A DNA stretch of 64,000 bases from Octopus vulgaris (lineage: Eukaryota), in the NCBI GenBank assembly GCA_951406725.2, contig OX597821.1, positions 40,796,001-40,860,000 on the forward strand. The letters are read 5' to 3'. A program made the position numbers and the translations under genes. The notes under the pieces were generated by a model that searched no databases, was not told where the DNA came from, and saw nothing but the letters and a program-made list of their open reading frames with translations. Each line of letters opens with the position of its first letter. The stretch's first letter is position 1. This document shows positions 28,131 through 40,482 of the stretch, one piece after another.

Positions 28131-28354
28131 TAAGCCTCTAAGCCTTGCTCGCACTGACTAAAACAGTAAAAATGATAATTTCAGATGGATGAAAACCAAA
28201 GCCGTCTTCAATGAGATTTGAAATCAGAAGAGCAACAGTAAAAACTTTCAGCCACCCTGGGCCCTTTCTTAATATTCCTGTATTTCATGACTTAACAACT
28301 TGGTAAAAGAGACTGAAATGCATGGTGAACTCAAAAGTGCTGATGGACATGGAA

Positions 28355-28535
28355 AAAAGCTCCCAGTGCACTCTGTAAAGTGGTTTAGCATTAGGAAGGG
28401 CATCCAGCTGTAGAAACCATGTCAAAGCAGACGTTTAAGCATGATACAGTTCTTGATCCCATCAGACCCTTTTCAGACCCTCAAACTCAAACCACAAAGG
28501 AACATGGATATTAACCGGTGGTGGTGGTGGTGATG
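28355..28535 (+). mobile_element. family C repeat 3' part
   Basis: TTAGGAAGGGCATCCAGCTGTAGAAAC and a trinucleotide tail. Confidence 0.8.
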
Positions 28536-30152
28536 ATACTTTTTTTAGTCATCTAAGATCTGCTGTAACTGATAGACTATGCTTTGCAGATGAGGTTTCA
28601 TAACAGTGAACTATGTCCTGAGTTGTCCCATATGGCCAAAGATCAGACTCACTCTATGTTCCACTCTGTATATTTTGAGGTATTCAGTTCTGGCATTACA
28701 TCAGCTTTTCTCAAAGTTATTTGAAACCAAATAAATGGAATCAATTTAATAGTTCTATGAATGCAGGCCATTGAAAGTTAAGTGCGTTTGTGATAGACAC
28801 AACACCATGCTGATGCGGGGTATCAACTATTGACCCTTAGGCAAACAGGTCAACATTCTAGGGACCTTGGCCAGACAACAAAACTACCGTTTTCATGACA
28901 ATTGATTAAACAGTTTGAATGTTTTCCACTTAGTGGTGGTGGTGGTGATGTTGGTGGTTATGAGGAGTTCAAAATGAATGGGGGGGGGGGGGCTAGGAAT
29001 GATGAAATTTGGTTTACATTGAACAACACTAAATAATTACTTCAACTAAATAGAAAGAGAGAGACAGAGAGAGAGAGAAAGAGAGAGAACTATTTTACAG
29101 GATGGTAGGGAGTAAGAGAAAGAAAATGACATGACATGTGAGTGATACCAAAAAAATTAGTTCATTAAACAGATAAATGAACTAATAAACTATAACGACG
29201 ATTCAATAATGTCGTTTAATAAATGTAATAGCTGTAAAGAGAAACAGAAGCCATGAAATATATACAGAAAGAATGGTGCAGGTGATGGAATGATGAGGGA
29301 AGCAGTGTGCACGAAGACAGACAAGAAACAATTACAAAATAAAAACATTGAAAAGAATCATAAATAATTAAAAATAATTAAAATAATACACTCGTCTCTC
29401 CCATCATCAAAAATAAAATCCAATAACATAGAGTAAATTTCCTTCTTGAAGTTTTCATGCTAAAAATAGTAAAAACTTTCCAGTTTCTATAGAGTTGATT
29501 AGTGAAGAAAATGTTACAGACAACATGTGCCAAAGAAGTCGGCTTCTTCTTTTCCGGCAGAAGAGATATTCAGAGTATGTTGCGAAGAATTACTCCAATC
29601 ATATCCATCAGTAGTAATTTGGCAATCACCAGGAAGAAGAATGTCACAAGAATTGGCATTGAATACATATCTTCATGCCAAATAATTGTGCTTTCCACTC
29701 TCGAGGTAATTCCCAAGCTTCACTGTGTTGGCAACATACATCAAGGAGAGGATTGCTTCCCAGAACATTTTTGCCATCTTCCATTTTTTTTCCTTTTCTC
29801 TCTCTTTTTTCTTCCTATGCCTTAAATACATTTTTTTTTATCGCCTTGTTTTTTGCTTTTGTTGACGTTTTCAGTTTCTGCGTTTGTTTTATTTTATTCC
29901 TATATTTATTTATTTGTAAATTGCGGGTTTCCTGAATTCCCCAATTTCAACAACAATAGACCACACTCCACCTACCCTCATCAGAAAACTGACTCTCTGC
30001 AGAGCTATCAATACAGAGAGCCTCCCCAAGAGAACAGACAAGGAGTTTAAAAACTAAAAAAAATAAGAAGAACAAAAAGAAAGGAGAAAATAAAACAAGT
30101 AAGGATAAAATATATAAAACAGAGCTGAATGAAGAGAACATTCATGTTTGTC

Positions 30153-30222
<70 letters not shown>

Positions 30223-30458
30223 TATGTATACATATCTGTGTGTGTATACACACACATATATACATATGCATATATGTGTATATATATATACATATATATT
30301 TGTATATATATATACATACATATATATATAGATACATATATATATAAATATATATATATATAATGTATATGTACACACATATATAGATACACGTATCTAT
30401 GTGTGTATAATACACATACACACTCACAAACACACACACACACACACACATATATATA

Positions 30459-30494
<36 letters not shown>

Positions 30495-30693
30495 TGCATG
30501 TACAAACATGCATGTATGCATACATAAATATTTATATGCATATATATATATAAATAGGTATGTGTATATATGTGCAGAAAATAAGTGTCTTATAATGTAG
30601 GGTTGGTTGTACAACCAGACTGAGCCAATTAACTAACAATGCATGTCAACTGTACAATATATTCTCTGATCAAAGGAGTTGACTCTCACTCTG

Positions 30694-30738
<45 letters not shown>

Positions 30739-30783
30739 AGAAAATCATAAAGTGATATGTGCATATATATATATATGTATATA

Positions 30784-30842
<59 letters not shown>

Positions 30843-31005
30843 GTGTGTGTATGCATGCATGTATGTATGTGTGTATGTGTGCATGTTTGTATGTTTGTAT
30901 AAAATGAAGAGTGAAACTGTGATATAAAGAAATCTAGAATGAAGTAGGGTGATTTAAAAAATGAGGAGAGTGAAGAGATGAATAACAGGCCTTGCTCACT
31001 TTCTT

Positions 31006-31036
<31 letters not shown>

Positions 31037-31137
31037 TTTCTGTCTTCCTTTATGTCTAAGTACGCATGCAAATATGTGTGTATATATGTATGTATGTATG
31101 TATGTAGGGAGTGGATGTGTTTATGCATTGGTGCTTG

Positions 31138-31176
<39 letters not shown>

Positions 31177-31207
31177 ATATATGTGCATGTGTGTTTCAGT
31201 ATGTGTC

Positions 31208-31243
<36 letters not shown>

Positions 31244-31247
31244 TGTA

Positions 31248-31295
<48 letters not shown>

Positions 31296-31784
31296 TGAGT
31301 GTGTTTCAGTTTGTGTCTATAAGAAGTGATCAAGATAGCATGAAAAGATTCCTACGAAGAAAGGCAGACACAGAAAAAGAGAGGAATCGAAAATTAGACT
31401 GAGAGAGAGAAAGAGAGGGAGAGAACGAAGGAATGGAAAAGAGACCACAGACCACAGACAGAAGTGAGGAGAGAGGAAAGAGAAGTCAGCCAATAGATTA
31501 TGACATAAATATCAAAAGATGGTTCATGTGAGAGATAAAGAGGATCGGGGAAGAAAGCGTAAAGAGATAGGAGAGGGGGAATAAAGCAATAGATTAGTCA
31601 AGAAAGAGATTATCAGTGTTGAGAAAGAGAGAGAGAGAGAGAGAGAGGGTGGTGGAGGGAGAGGACGATAAAGACAAAACAGAAAGGAATAGAGTCAGAC
31701 ATGGAGTGAACTGAAGTCTTGTAATAAAAGCTGTATATGTGTGAGTTTGTATTTAACACACACACACATATATATATATATCTA

Positions 31785-32014
31785 TTTATTTATTTCCCAC
31801 AGCAGGCTAAACATAGAGGGGACAAACAAGGACAGACAAAGGAATTAAGTCGATTACATTGACCCCAGTGCGTAACTGGTACATATTTAATTGACCCCAT
31901 AAAGATGAAAAGCGAAGTCGACCTCGGTGGAAATTGAACTCAGAATGCAACAGCAGACAAAATACAGCAAAGCATTTCACCTGGTGTGCAAATGATACTG
32001 CCAGCTCGCCGCCC
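31785..32014 (-). mobile_element. tRNA-derived SINE, family A
   Basis: Reverse complement begins GGCGGCGAGCTGGCAG; B-box and core are present. Confidence 0.92.
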
Positions 32015-32402
32015 TTATATAAATATATCATCATCATCATCATCATCACCATCATTTTATTTATATATATGTATAAATATAAATATAAATTAAATTGGAG
32101 ATAAAACTAATATTTGGCAAATCAAACAATGAAAAACATAAAACCAAAACATAAAAATAAACATAATTAATATAATATACAAAATATATAAAATATAAAA
32201 TTTAAGATTTAAATTATTTAAATTTAAAATTTTTAATTTATATTTATAAATTTTTATATTTTTTAAATATTTTAAAATTTAAAATTAATAAATTTTTATA
32301 AATTTATAAATTTTTAATTTTTTTTTAAATATATAACTATTCAAAAAGTATTAAAAAGTTTAATATAAGATAATAAGTAATGAGTAAATAATAAGTAATA
32401 AG

Positions 32403-33037
32403 TAATAGAAATATTAAAATTACTAAGTCTCTCTAAAGGAGATTACGGCAGCGTTACTGGAAATTAATAATTATCGCCATACTAATATGGCAGTCTTATA
32501 AATATAAGACTAAAGCTGTCGCTGATTAGCTCCATGAAGCCATCGCCTGTTCGAAGGTTTATAATGGACGCAGGTTGTGTGTCAAATAGCTAGCTTGAGG
32601 CGATGGCCTCATGGAGCTAATCAGCGACAGCTTTAGTCTTATATTTATAAGACTGCCATATTAGTATGGCGATAACTATTAATTTCCAGTAACGCTGCCG
32701 TAATCTCCTTTAGAGAGACTTAGTAATTTTAATATTTCTATTATTGAAAACAAGTGGATGTATTCCACTGAAACTAGGTAAATAGATTCTTCGAACAGGG
32801 ACAGTCTGACTACGCTGGGTCTGACTACGCTGCATTGATAAAGGGCAAATACCCTGAAACATGTCTGCAGCTGTCTGACTGGCAGGATGAAGCAGCTGAC
32901 CTCCCCTGTTCGAAGGTTTATAATGGACGCAGGTTGTGTGTCAAATAGCTAGCTTGAGGCAATGGCCTCATGGAGCTAATCAGTGACAGCTTTAGTCTTA
33001 TATTTATAAGACTGCCATATTAGTATGGCGATAACTA
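32403..33037 (+). mobile_element. young non-coding Penelope-type/retrozyme-like element: 1.4 copies of a 359-bp unit plus an inverted 146-bp arm
   Basis: 32403-32548 is the reverse complement of 32598-32743 (2 mismatches). 32546-32678 equals 32905-33037 (2 CpG-type mismatches). There is an internal hammerhead, and TAAGTAATAAGTAA flanks both sides. Confidence 0.85.
32829..32871 (+). ncRNA. minimal type I hammerhead ribozyme, U3-A8 variant
   Basis: GCTGCA-TTGATAA-AGGG CAAATA CCCT-GAAA-CATG-TC-TGCAGC. All stems pair and the predicted cut follows GUC at 32865. Confidence 0.82.
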
Positions 33038-33291
33038 CTAAGTAATAAGTAAATATATATATATATATATCAATATATATATATATATATATATCGTCAT
33101 CATCATTGTTTAATGTCTACCTTCCATGCTGGCATGGGTTGGCCAATTTGACAGGAGCTGGCCAGGTAAAAGACTGCACCAGACTTCTGTGACTGTTTTG
33201 ACAAGGCTTTCACTGTTACATACACTTCCTAACACCAACCACCCAGTAGAGTCGACTGAGTGCTTTTTACATGGGATATATATATATATAC

Positions 33292-33334
<43 letters not shown>

Positions 33335-34075
33335 ATCCCCACCTTCACATATGTCCAAAGGCCTAAAAGAATATATTGTAAAATACTGATGTTTGAAACA
33401 GAATTGAAGAATTATGTATAAAACCACAGCCCACAAACTCTGCTTCCATAAAACATGAAGGTTGAAATCTAGATATACTTTTCAAATCACTTATAGAATA
33501 ATGAACAACTCAAGAGAAACATGAAGACCAACAACCTTTTCAATAACCCAAATCCTTTTGTGAACTTCAAAGAACAAGATGAAGAATTTTCTGTAGTAAC
33601 AACACCATAATGAAAACAGAAAATGCCTTAAATAACAACAGCAAGATTGTAAAGAAACTGACCAGCTAAAGTATATCAACTACACACATTTTTTGTGAAC
33701 CTCTAAAAAATTCCACAACAAAAATTTTGATTTTCCCAATTAATAACAAGAACTTAAGCTACTGCTCCATCTAGTACCTGCCTAGAAAACAGACACGTCT
33801 TAATATGCGCACTTGGTTACAAATTTCTACATGCATTAATAAATTCTAAACCCCAAATTTAACCAAAAGAAATTTCTCTTAAACATCTCTCCATCACAAC
33901 TCACCCTGCAACCTGATTACCCCTCCACCCAGTCCCACAGACCCAAAGAAGATTTTAACTCATCAGTGACTATATAAAACCAAGATTAACTTCAATGCAT
34001 CGCTATCTGATGATAGCTTGAATGGCCGAAACTTTGGAGTCCCTATCAATGATATCCTTGTTTAAGAATAATAAA
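33335..34075 (+). mobile_element. highly decayed Penelope-like element 3' region (RT thumb/GIY-YIG remnants plus pLTR)
   Basis: Remnants resemble HP.H and NL.Y..C..C.ENY, with terminal INKF..P.LN at about 33835-33863. The downstream part is homologous to 14113-14400 and carries a hammerhead core. Confidence 0.6.
33999..34050 (+). ncRNA. degenerate type I hammerhead motif (canonical core)
   Basis: CTGATGA (34007-34013)..GGCC-GAAA-CTTTGGAG-TC; positionally homologous to 14269-14319, with stems I and II decayed. Confidence 0.65.
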
Positions 34076-34164
34076 TATATATGTGTTCGTATATATCTGT
34101 GTGTATGTGTGTTTGTATATGTATGTATATACATATAAATATATATGTGGGGAGGGTGTATCTT

Positions 34165-34393
34165 ATATATCATGTGACTGACTAGGTTATCAGATGATGT
34201 TACACATTGCTGGTCACAATGCTCTTTTGCATTGTATTAGCTTTCAAATAACGCCACCCTGCTGGGTAGGTAAGCAGGTCAACTGATTGAAGGAGGACTG
34301 GAGCAATGTGAAATGGAGCATTTGCTCAAGAACACAATGCACTACCCAATCAGAGAACCCATAATCTAGCAATCGTGAGTGTAACAGTCTAAC

Positions 34394-34395
<2 letters not shown>
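34165..34395 (-). mobile_element. tRNA-derived SINE, family D
   Basis: Reverse complement has a tRNA-like head GTGGTTAGACTG..GGGTTC and the GTGTTCTTGAGCAAA box. Confidence 0.7.
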
Positions 34396-34441
<46 letters not shown>

Positions 34442-34483
34442 ATAGATACATAGATACATACATACATACATACATAAATACAT

Positions 34484-34801
34484 GAGGGCTGCCCTCTCGT
34501 TATCGAGTATGGCCATTGCACAAAGCTTCACTGTTATTGGTGCTGTGATCAAATGTCATTTTTTAGCCCAGCTAAAGATCTATAATGTCTTGTACAGAAT
34601 TGGCAACTAAAACCTTTACTGGTAATAGCTAGCTGTAGTTGTAACTGGGCTTCATGTACCTTTGCATGTCGTTTAAGTCCTCCTGCCAAATTACACTCTC
34701 TTCCACATGCCTGACAGATATGATTAGTATGGTGTGTTACACCACCACCAGTGGCCAGGTTGTCCCTCGTCTGTCTTGCTTTATGACTACGAAGATGACT
34801 C
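34484..34801 (-). mobile_element. 5'-truncated RTE LINE 3' end with C2H2 zinc fingers and (ATGT)n tail
   Basis: Encodes SHLRSH..CQACGRECNLAGGLKRHAKVH..CQFCTRHYRSLAGLKN; homologous to 63333-63649. Confidence 0.9.
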
Positions 34802-34875
34802 ATACATACATACATACATACATACATACATACATACATACATACATACATACATACATACATACATACATACAT

Positions 34876-35420
34876 GGTGGCTGCCCCCTCGTTATTGAGT
34901 ATGGCCATTGCACAAAGCTTAATCAATGTTGTTATTGTGCAATGCCTGTGCAAGAAGATTTTTTTTTAAAGTGAGGAAAGGCTGTGCACAGAGTCAATCC
35001 CACTCATTAAGCAACAGTAGCCATAATCCGAAAAGAAGAACAAGTCAACATCATCGGTAACCACTGAGCCACAGGTTTTATGTCAGAGTTATCCCAGTTA
35101 CCTGAGTTACCTTCTAGAAGGATGCCCTAACAAAGGCTAGAAGTCCTTCACTCCCAATGGTTTAACCGCACGATCGGATATTCAGTCCGATTATTTCTAC
35201 GTCCCCGCGCATGATACATCCTTAAGACATTTATTGGATGGCCGTTGACTCTCAAGAGTTCCTCCGCCCTTTGACAGATTTTGTTTTTCATCCCGCAGGG
35301 TGTCCAATAAACACCCTCCTCAAGCAAGCTTGGTGGAGTTGCCGGTTTAGTCGCCGACGACCTGACCAGGCAACAGGTTGTACTGGGTTAAATGTTACCA
35401 GTAGCACTCGAAGTGACCTG
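34876..35420 (-). mobile_element. bipartite non-autonomous RTE derivative (about 500-bp 5'UTR-like body plus about 47-bp RTE 3' end)
   Basis: 34876-34922 matches the RTE 3' terminus (TTAAGCTTTGTGCAATGGCCATACT..GGCAGCC). The rest is CpG-rich non-coding sequence, with (ATGT)n on both sides. Confidence 0.75.
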
Positions 35421-35526
35421 ACATACATACATACATACATACATACATACATACATACATACATACATACATACATACACACACATATATACATATCAAT
35501 AGTCAGAGAGACAAACAGGGAGATAA

Positions 35527-35575
<49 letters not shown>

Positions 35576-36261
35576 CAGATAGATTTAGATGTAAGTAAAT
35601 ATGATGTGAGTCATGTACTCAGCTGACAGATGTCCATGGTCTAACAAGACAGTAGCCATTTACATATTTATCTGATGATTCTAAGGCCATACAAATGTGC
35701 CATTCCTTTCAACTCAATCCACAGACCTCACTATAGGAATTCTACAGCAAATGTAGGTATGAAGTATTGAATATGGCACTCACATACATAACAAAGATAC
35801 ACATGTACATATATACCCATACGCACATACACACACACATTTTATATATATATATATACATATATGCATACAAATACAAATGTGATATATACACTCACAG
35901 CGATATACACACATGCACATACACCTTACACACACACACACACACACACATACATACACACACACACAAAGAGAGTTTGAGAAAAACAGAACTGTTTTAG
36001 ATAAAGTATTCCCAAACAGAGACTAAAAGAAAATATTCTTGTGTGAGTGTGTGTGTTTGCGTGTGTGTGTATGTATGTGTGCATGTGTGTATGCATGTGT
36101 GCGTGTGTCTGTGTGCATGTGTACATATGTGTGCGTGCATGCATGTGTGTATGTGTGAGTAAACTAAAGCACCTAATCATACATACTTAAAGTGTGAGAG
36201 GAAGCTGGAGATAGAGATAGAGACAGTAATGGAGAGAGAGAGAGAGAGAGAGAGAAACAGT

Positions 36262-36311
36262 CAGACAAACAGGCAGGCAGACAGGCAGGCAGGCAGACAG
36301 AAAGATAAATG

Positions 36312-36361
<50 letters not shown>

Positions 36362-36583
36362 CGGATGGATGGATGGATGGATGGATGGATGGATGGATGG
36401 ATGGATGGATGGATGGATGGATGGATGGGTGGATGGATGGATGGATGGATGGATGGATGGATGGATAGATAGATAGATAGATAGATATATAGATAGATAG
36501 ATGGATGGATGGATGGGTGGATGGATGGATGGATGGATGGATAGACGGATGGATGGATGGATGGGTAGATAGATAGATAGATG

Positions 36584-36626
<43 letters not shown>
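36262..36626. repeat. (CAGG)n/(TAGA)n/(TGGA)n compound tetranucleotide repeat
   Basis: Directly visible. Confidence 0.97.
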
Positions 36627-36629
<3 letters not shown>

Positions 36630-37479
36630 CAGAAAGAGAGAGCGAGAGTGTGTGAAAGAGAGACAGAGGATATAAGAATTCTTAAACATGTAGAGAGTGA
36701 GAGGAAACACATGCTGATAGACTGATAGTGAGAGAGAATGGTAAGGAGAGAGGGATAATGATGAGAAAGAAAGAGACTGTAATGAGAGAGAGATTATGGG
36801 TAGAAAGAGAGAAGATGGTAAAGAGAAAGAGAGAAAGAGTTAACAAGGAGAGATAAAGTGTGTGAAAATAGAGTGAGATGCCATAATGAATGAAAGCGAG
36901 TGAAAGGGAAGAAGTTGGTGCAAGAGAGAAACAAAGATATAGAAAGAGATAATACCTCCATCCACACAGAGAATGAGAACTGATTATGAAAGGATGAGAG
37001 AATGGTAAATAGATGGAACAAAAGAGAGAATTATTCTATAAGAAAAATTATGAAGTAAGAAGTGAATTATAAACAGCTGTAAGAATAGTAAGTGTGATAA
37101 AAAAAAACTGTAAGAATAGATAAAATGAAGAAATAATACAAAATCTTCAATCGCACATTAACTATTCTGACAATATATTAATATTTCATATATCTATTTT
37201 GTAGAATTGTATTGGAAATTATCAAAGATAAAATGCCATTTGTTGGATTATTGTGAAGCATAAAGTAGGGCAGATGTAACACAATATTATATTAGCCCTT
37301 TGATTGGATGATAGCAAATGTGTCAGATAATATTATCACCGTTGTTGGAGAGCTCTAAAAGTTAGGGAACATAACTCTGTTATAGCTTAGTCAAAATTAA
37401 ATCTACCTCGCAATGCATTTATTTATATAAATGCGGGCACACTCAAGGAAATAACATTAATATCAATACTACTGCAACC

Positions 37480-37547
37480 AGTAATACTACTACTAATGAT
37501 AATGATACTACTGCTACTACTACCACTACTACTACTACTACTACTAC

Positions 37548-37623
<76 letters not shown>

Positions 37624-37633
37624 AATGATGATG

Positions 37634-37676
<43 letters not shown>

Positions 37677-37701
37677 TGATGGTGATGATGATGATGATGA
37701 A

Positions 37702-37743
<42 letters not shown>

Positions 37744-37786
37744 AATGATGATGATGATAATAATAATGATGACAATGATGATGAGG

Positions 37787-37830
<44 letters not shown>
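37480..37830. repeat. (ACT)n/(AAT)n/(GAT)n compound trinucleotide repeat
   Basis: Directly visible. Confidence 0.97.
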
Positions 37831-38141
37831 TTATATATGTTATCATTTTCTGGAACTTTCATGTGAGTAAAGATAAGTCATTAGATTAAGTCATTTGAAG
37901 TATAAAACTTCTATAAAATAAAAGACTGCTTACCATTTTAGTAATTTATCAAACTTCTTGTTTTTCTTTTCGTTGTTTTTATTTTCTTTTCTCAGATTTG
38001 CAGAAAAGGTGTCATCTTGGTAGGGGAACTGATAAACAAATAAATATTCAGATAAATAACAAATAACTGAGAAAATAGTAAAGAAATGACTTAAAAACAA
38101 CTTTGATTTTTTTTTTGTTTTTTTCTTTTTTTTATCTCAAG

Positions 38142-38250
38142 GTTATGGCTTATCTCACCACCTAACCTAAAATAACAAAAGAAGTCAAAGAGTGTTTTGT
38201 ATTTAGTCTAAGAAGAAAGATTGAAGCACTGAGACAATGGTGTTCTTCAG
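38142..38250 (+). other. candidate 109-nt exon (UTR or lncRNA; ATG at 38237)
   Basis: Long T-rich tract plus CAAG acceptor; donor CAG|GTGAGA. Confidence 0.35.
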
Positions 38251-38475
38251 GTGAGAATATCCAGAATCTGTTACTTAGATGCTTTAATACTATTTCTGTC
38301 ACATCTTCTGATTCTGTTACATCTTCTACCATTTTCGTACTAACCTGTCTGAAACAAGCCTGCTTCTGTGAAACACACTCCCTATTTTAAAACGATCTTA
38401 ATTATAACCCTCCATCAAAATTTCATGTTAATTTATGATCCAAATACCATAATTCAAGTAATAAAATTAATTTAA

Positions 38476-38695
38476 TCTTTTAGCATTCAGATTACTCTGT
38501 CCAATGTAATCCTTATTTATTCCCATTGTTTTGAATTAATCCTTCATTATCTTGTAGCTTTGAGATTTCAATAATGTGTTTCTTTACTTTTAGAATGACA
38601 TTGTTGTGTAGGTGTGAGTGGCCACACCTGGCTGGTTTGAACTGAAAACACGTAGAACATTTGGGCCAGAAATGGTTGGTTTAAATGCTGAAGGG
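38476..38695. mobile_element. piggyBac-type MITE nested in an older MITE
   Basis: TTAA-TCTTTTAGCATT ... AATGCTGAAGGG-TCAG. The flanks (38325-38470 and 38696-38735) resemble 48122-48369. Confidence 0.62.
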
Positions 38696-38750
38696 TCAGT
38701 CAATTTGTAATCATTTTCTGAATTAATGGAAACAGGATCAGATATGGAGT

Positions 38751-38801
<51 letters not shown>

Positions 38802-38858
38802 AAGACAGACAGAGAGAGACAAAGAAAGAAAAAAAACAAAAAAAGAAAGAAAGATATA

Positions 38859-39029
38859 GGCGCAGGAGTGGCTGTGTGGTAAATAGCTTGCTAACCAACC
38901 ACATGGTTCCGGGTTCAGTCCCACTGTGTAGCATCTTGGGCAATTGTCTTCTGCTATAGCCCCGGGCTGACCAATGCCTTGTGAGTGGATTTGGTAGACG
39001 GAAACTGAAAGAAGCCTGTCGTATATATG

Positions 39030-39062
<33 letters not shown>

Positions 39063-39262
39063 TTGTGTGTCTGTGTTTGTCCCCCTAGCATTGCTTGACA
39101 ACCGATGCTGGTGTGTTTACGTCCCCGTCACTTAGCGGTTCGGCAAAACAGACCGATAGAATAAGAACTGGGCTTACAAAGAATAAGTCCCGGGGTCGAT
39201 TTGCTCGACTAAAGGTGGTGCTCCAGCATGGCTGCAGTCAAAGGACTGAAACAAGTAAAAGA
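38859..39262 (+). mobile_element. full-length tRNA-derived SINE, family B (CORE-like box)
   Basis: Head GGCGCAGGAGTGGCTGTGTGGTAA, B-box GGTTCAGTCCC, CTTGGGCAA box, internal (TA/GT)n and A-rich tail; CpGs are retained. Confidence 0.93.
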
Positions 39263-40255
39263 AAAAAAAAGAAAAAAAAAATACTGGGTAATGCAGTCCT
39301 AGATAGACAATGCTTAAAAAAAAAAGGTGGAATGGTCATGCCTGAAATGCCTTTTTAATTGAAACTTTGCATGCTCAGTGCTGACAGATAGTGATGGTGC
39401 TAAATAAATTCAACAGCATTCTCAACATCATTTGTAAAATAATAAAACTGATAATAAACCAATAGAGAATATGGTGATTATGGGACATTCCTGGAAGCAA
39501 AGGTAAAGAAACTAGGAATGGTAATGAGAATGGTAACAGGAATAGAATGCGACATCAATGGGCAAGTAAGGATAGCAGCAAAAATTGAATGAGGTTTATC
39601 TCTAAAAATGAAAACAGCAATAAACAATTACAATATATAAATATAAATGAGATATTATTGATCAATAAAATTGTAATATTGACTATATTCTCAAGTAAAA
39701 CTGACTTTTATTGGCTATTAAAAATTCGAAAAAATATAGCTATATTTTAAGCAAATTGACATTTAAAAAATATATTATTATTTTTAAAGCTAAAATCAAC
39801 TTTATTAATTATAAATTGTAGACATTAGGTAGGAGATAAAATATGATATATTTATTAGCTGCAGAAATTAAAATATTTTACAAAATTTTGTTTAGTATAC
39901 CTATATTTTTGCTGAAATCCCATGTGAGTTAGCATTGCTTTTCATTTAAAGCTGGGTATTATATAACAGTATTGATAACATATTTAGATTTACAAAATTC
40001 TCTATTCAATATTTGTTAAAACAAGACAATGGTAAATCTGGATATAATAAAACGAAATTTATTATTGATAGGATGACACCATAAAATTGTTCCATTCTGT
40101 CTATTCTATATAGTGTAACCAGTTCTTGTAGAGCTCCAAACCCTGACTGAACAGACTTACCACAGAGCTCACAGAAGTGTTGTTTCAAAGTATTCTATAC
40201 CCCCATGATGTATTTGGTACAGAACCACATTATACGTGGATATATATTATTGGTG

Positions 40256-40312
<57 letters not shown>

Positions 40313-40365
40313 CCACCATCATCATCATCACCATCATCATCACCACCACCACCACCACCAACACC

Positions 40366-40399
<34 letters not shown>

Positions 40400-40482
40400 T
40401 CACCATCATCATTATCATTATCATTATCATCATCATCACCATCATCATTATCATCATCATCATCGTCATCATCATCATCATT
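40256..40482. repeat. (CAT)n/(CAC)n trinucleotide repeat
   Basis: Directly visible; source of the poly-H/D/S/I ORFs. Confidence 0.97.

Noticed and set aside
29502-29825. 107-aa plus-strand ORF
   Set aside because: GTG start, no recognisable domain, and it ends in a T-rich low-complexity tract.
34549-34953. Host C2H2 zinc-finger gene
   Set aside because: It is homologous to the RTE 3' end at 63.3-63.6 kb, the ORF start lies in an (ATGT)n tail, and there are no TGEKP linkers.
35180-35225. HDV-like ribozyme around ACGTCCCCGCGC
   Set aside because: It is antisense to the element, and P1/P3 pairing is incomplete.
38859-38925. tRNA gene
   Set aside because: A/B boxes are present but there is no cloverleaf; it is the head of a multi-copy SINE.
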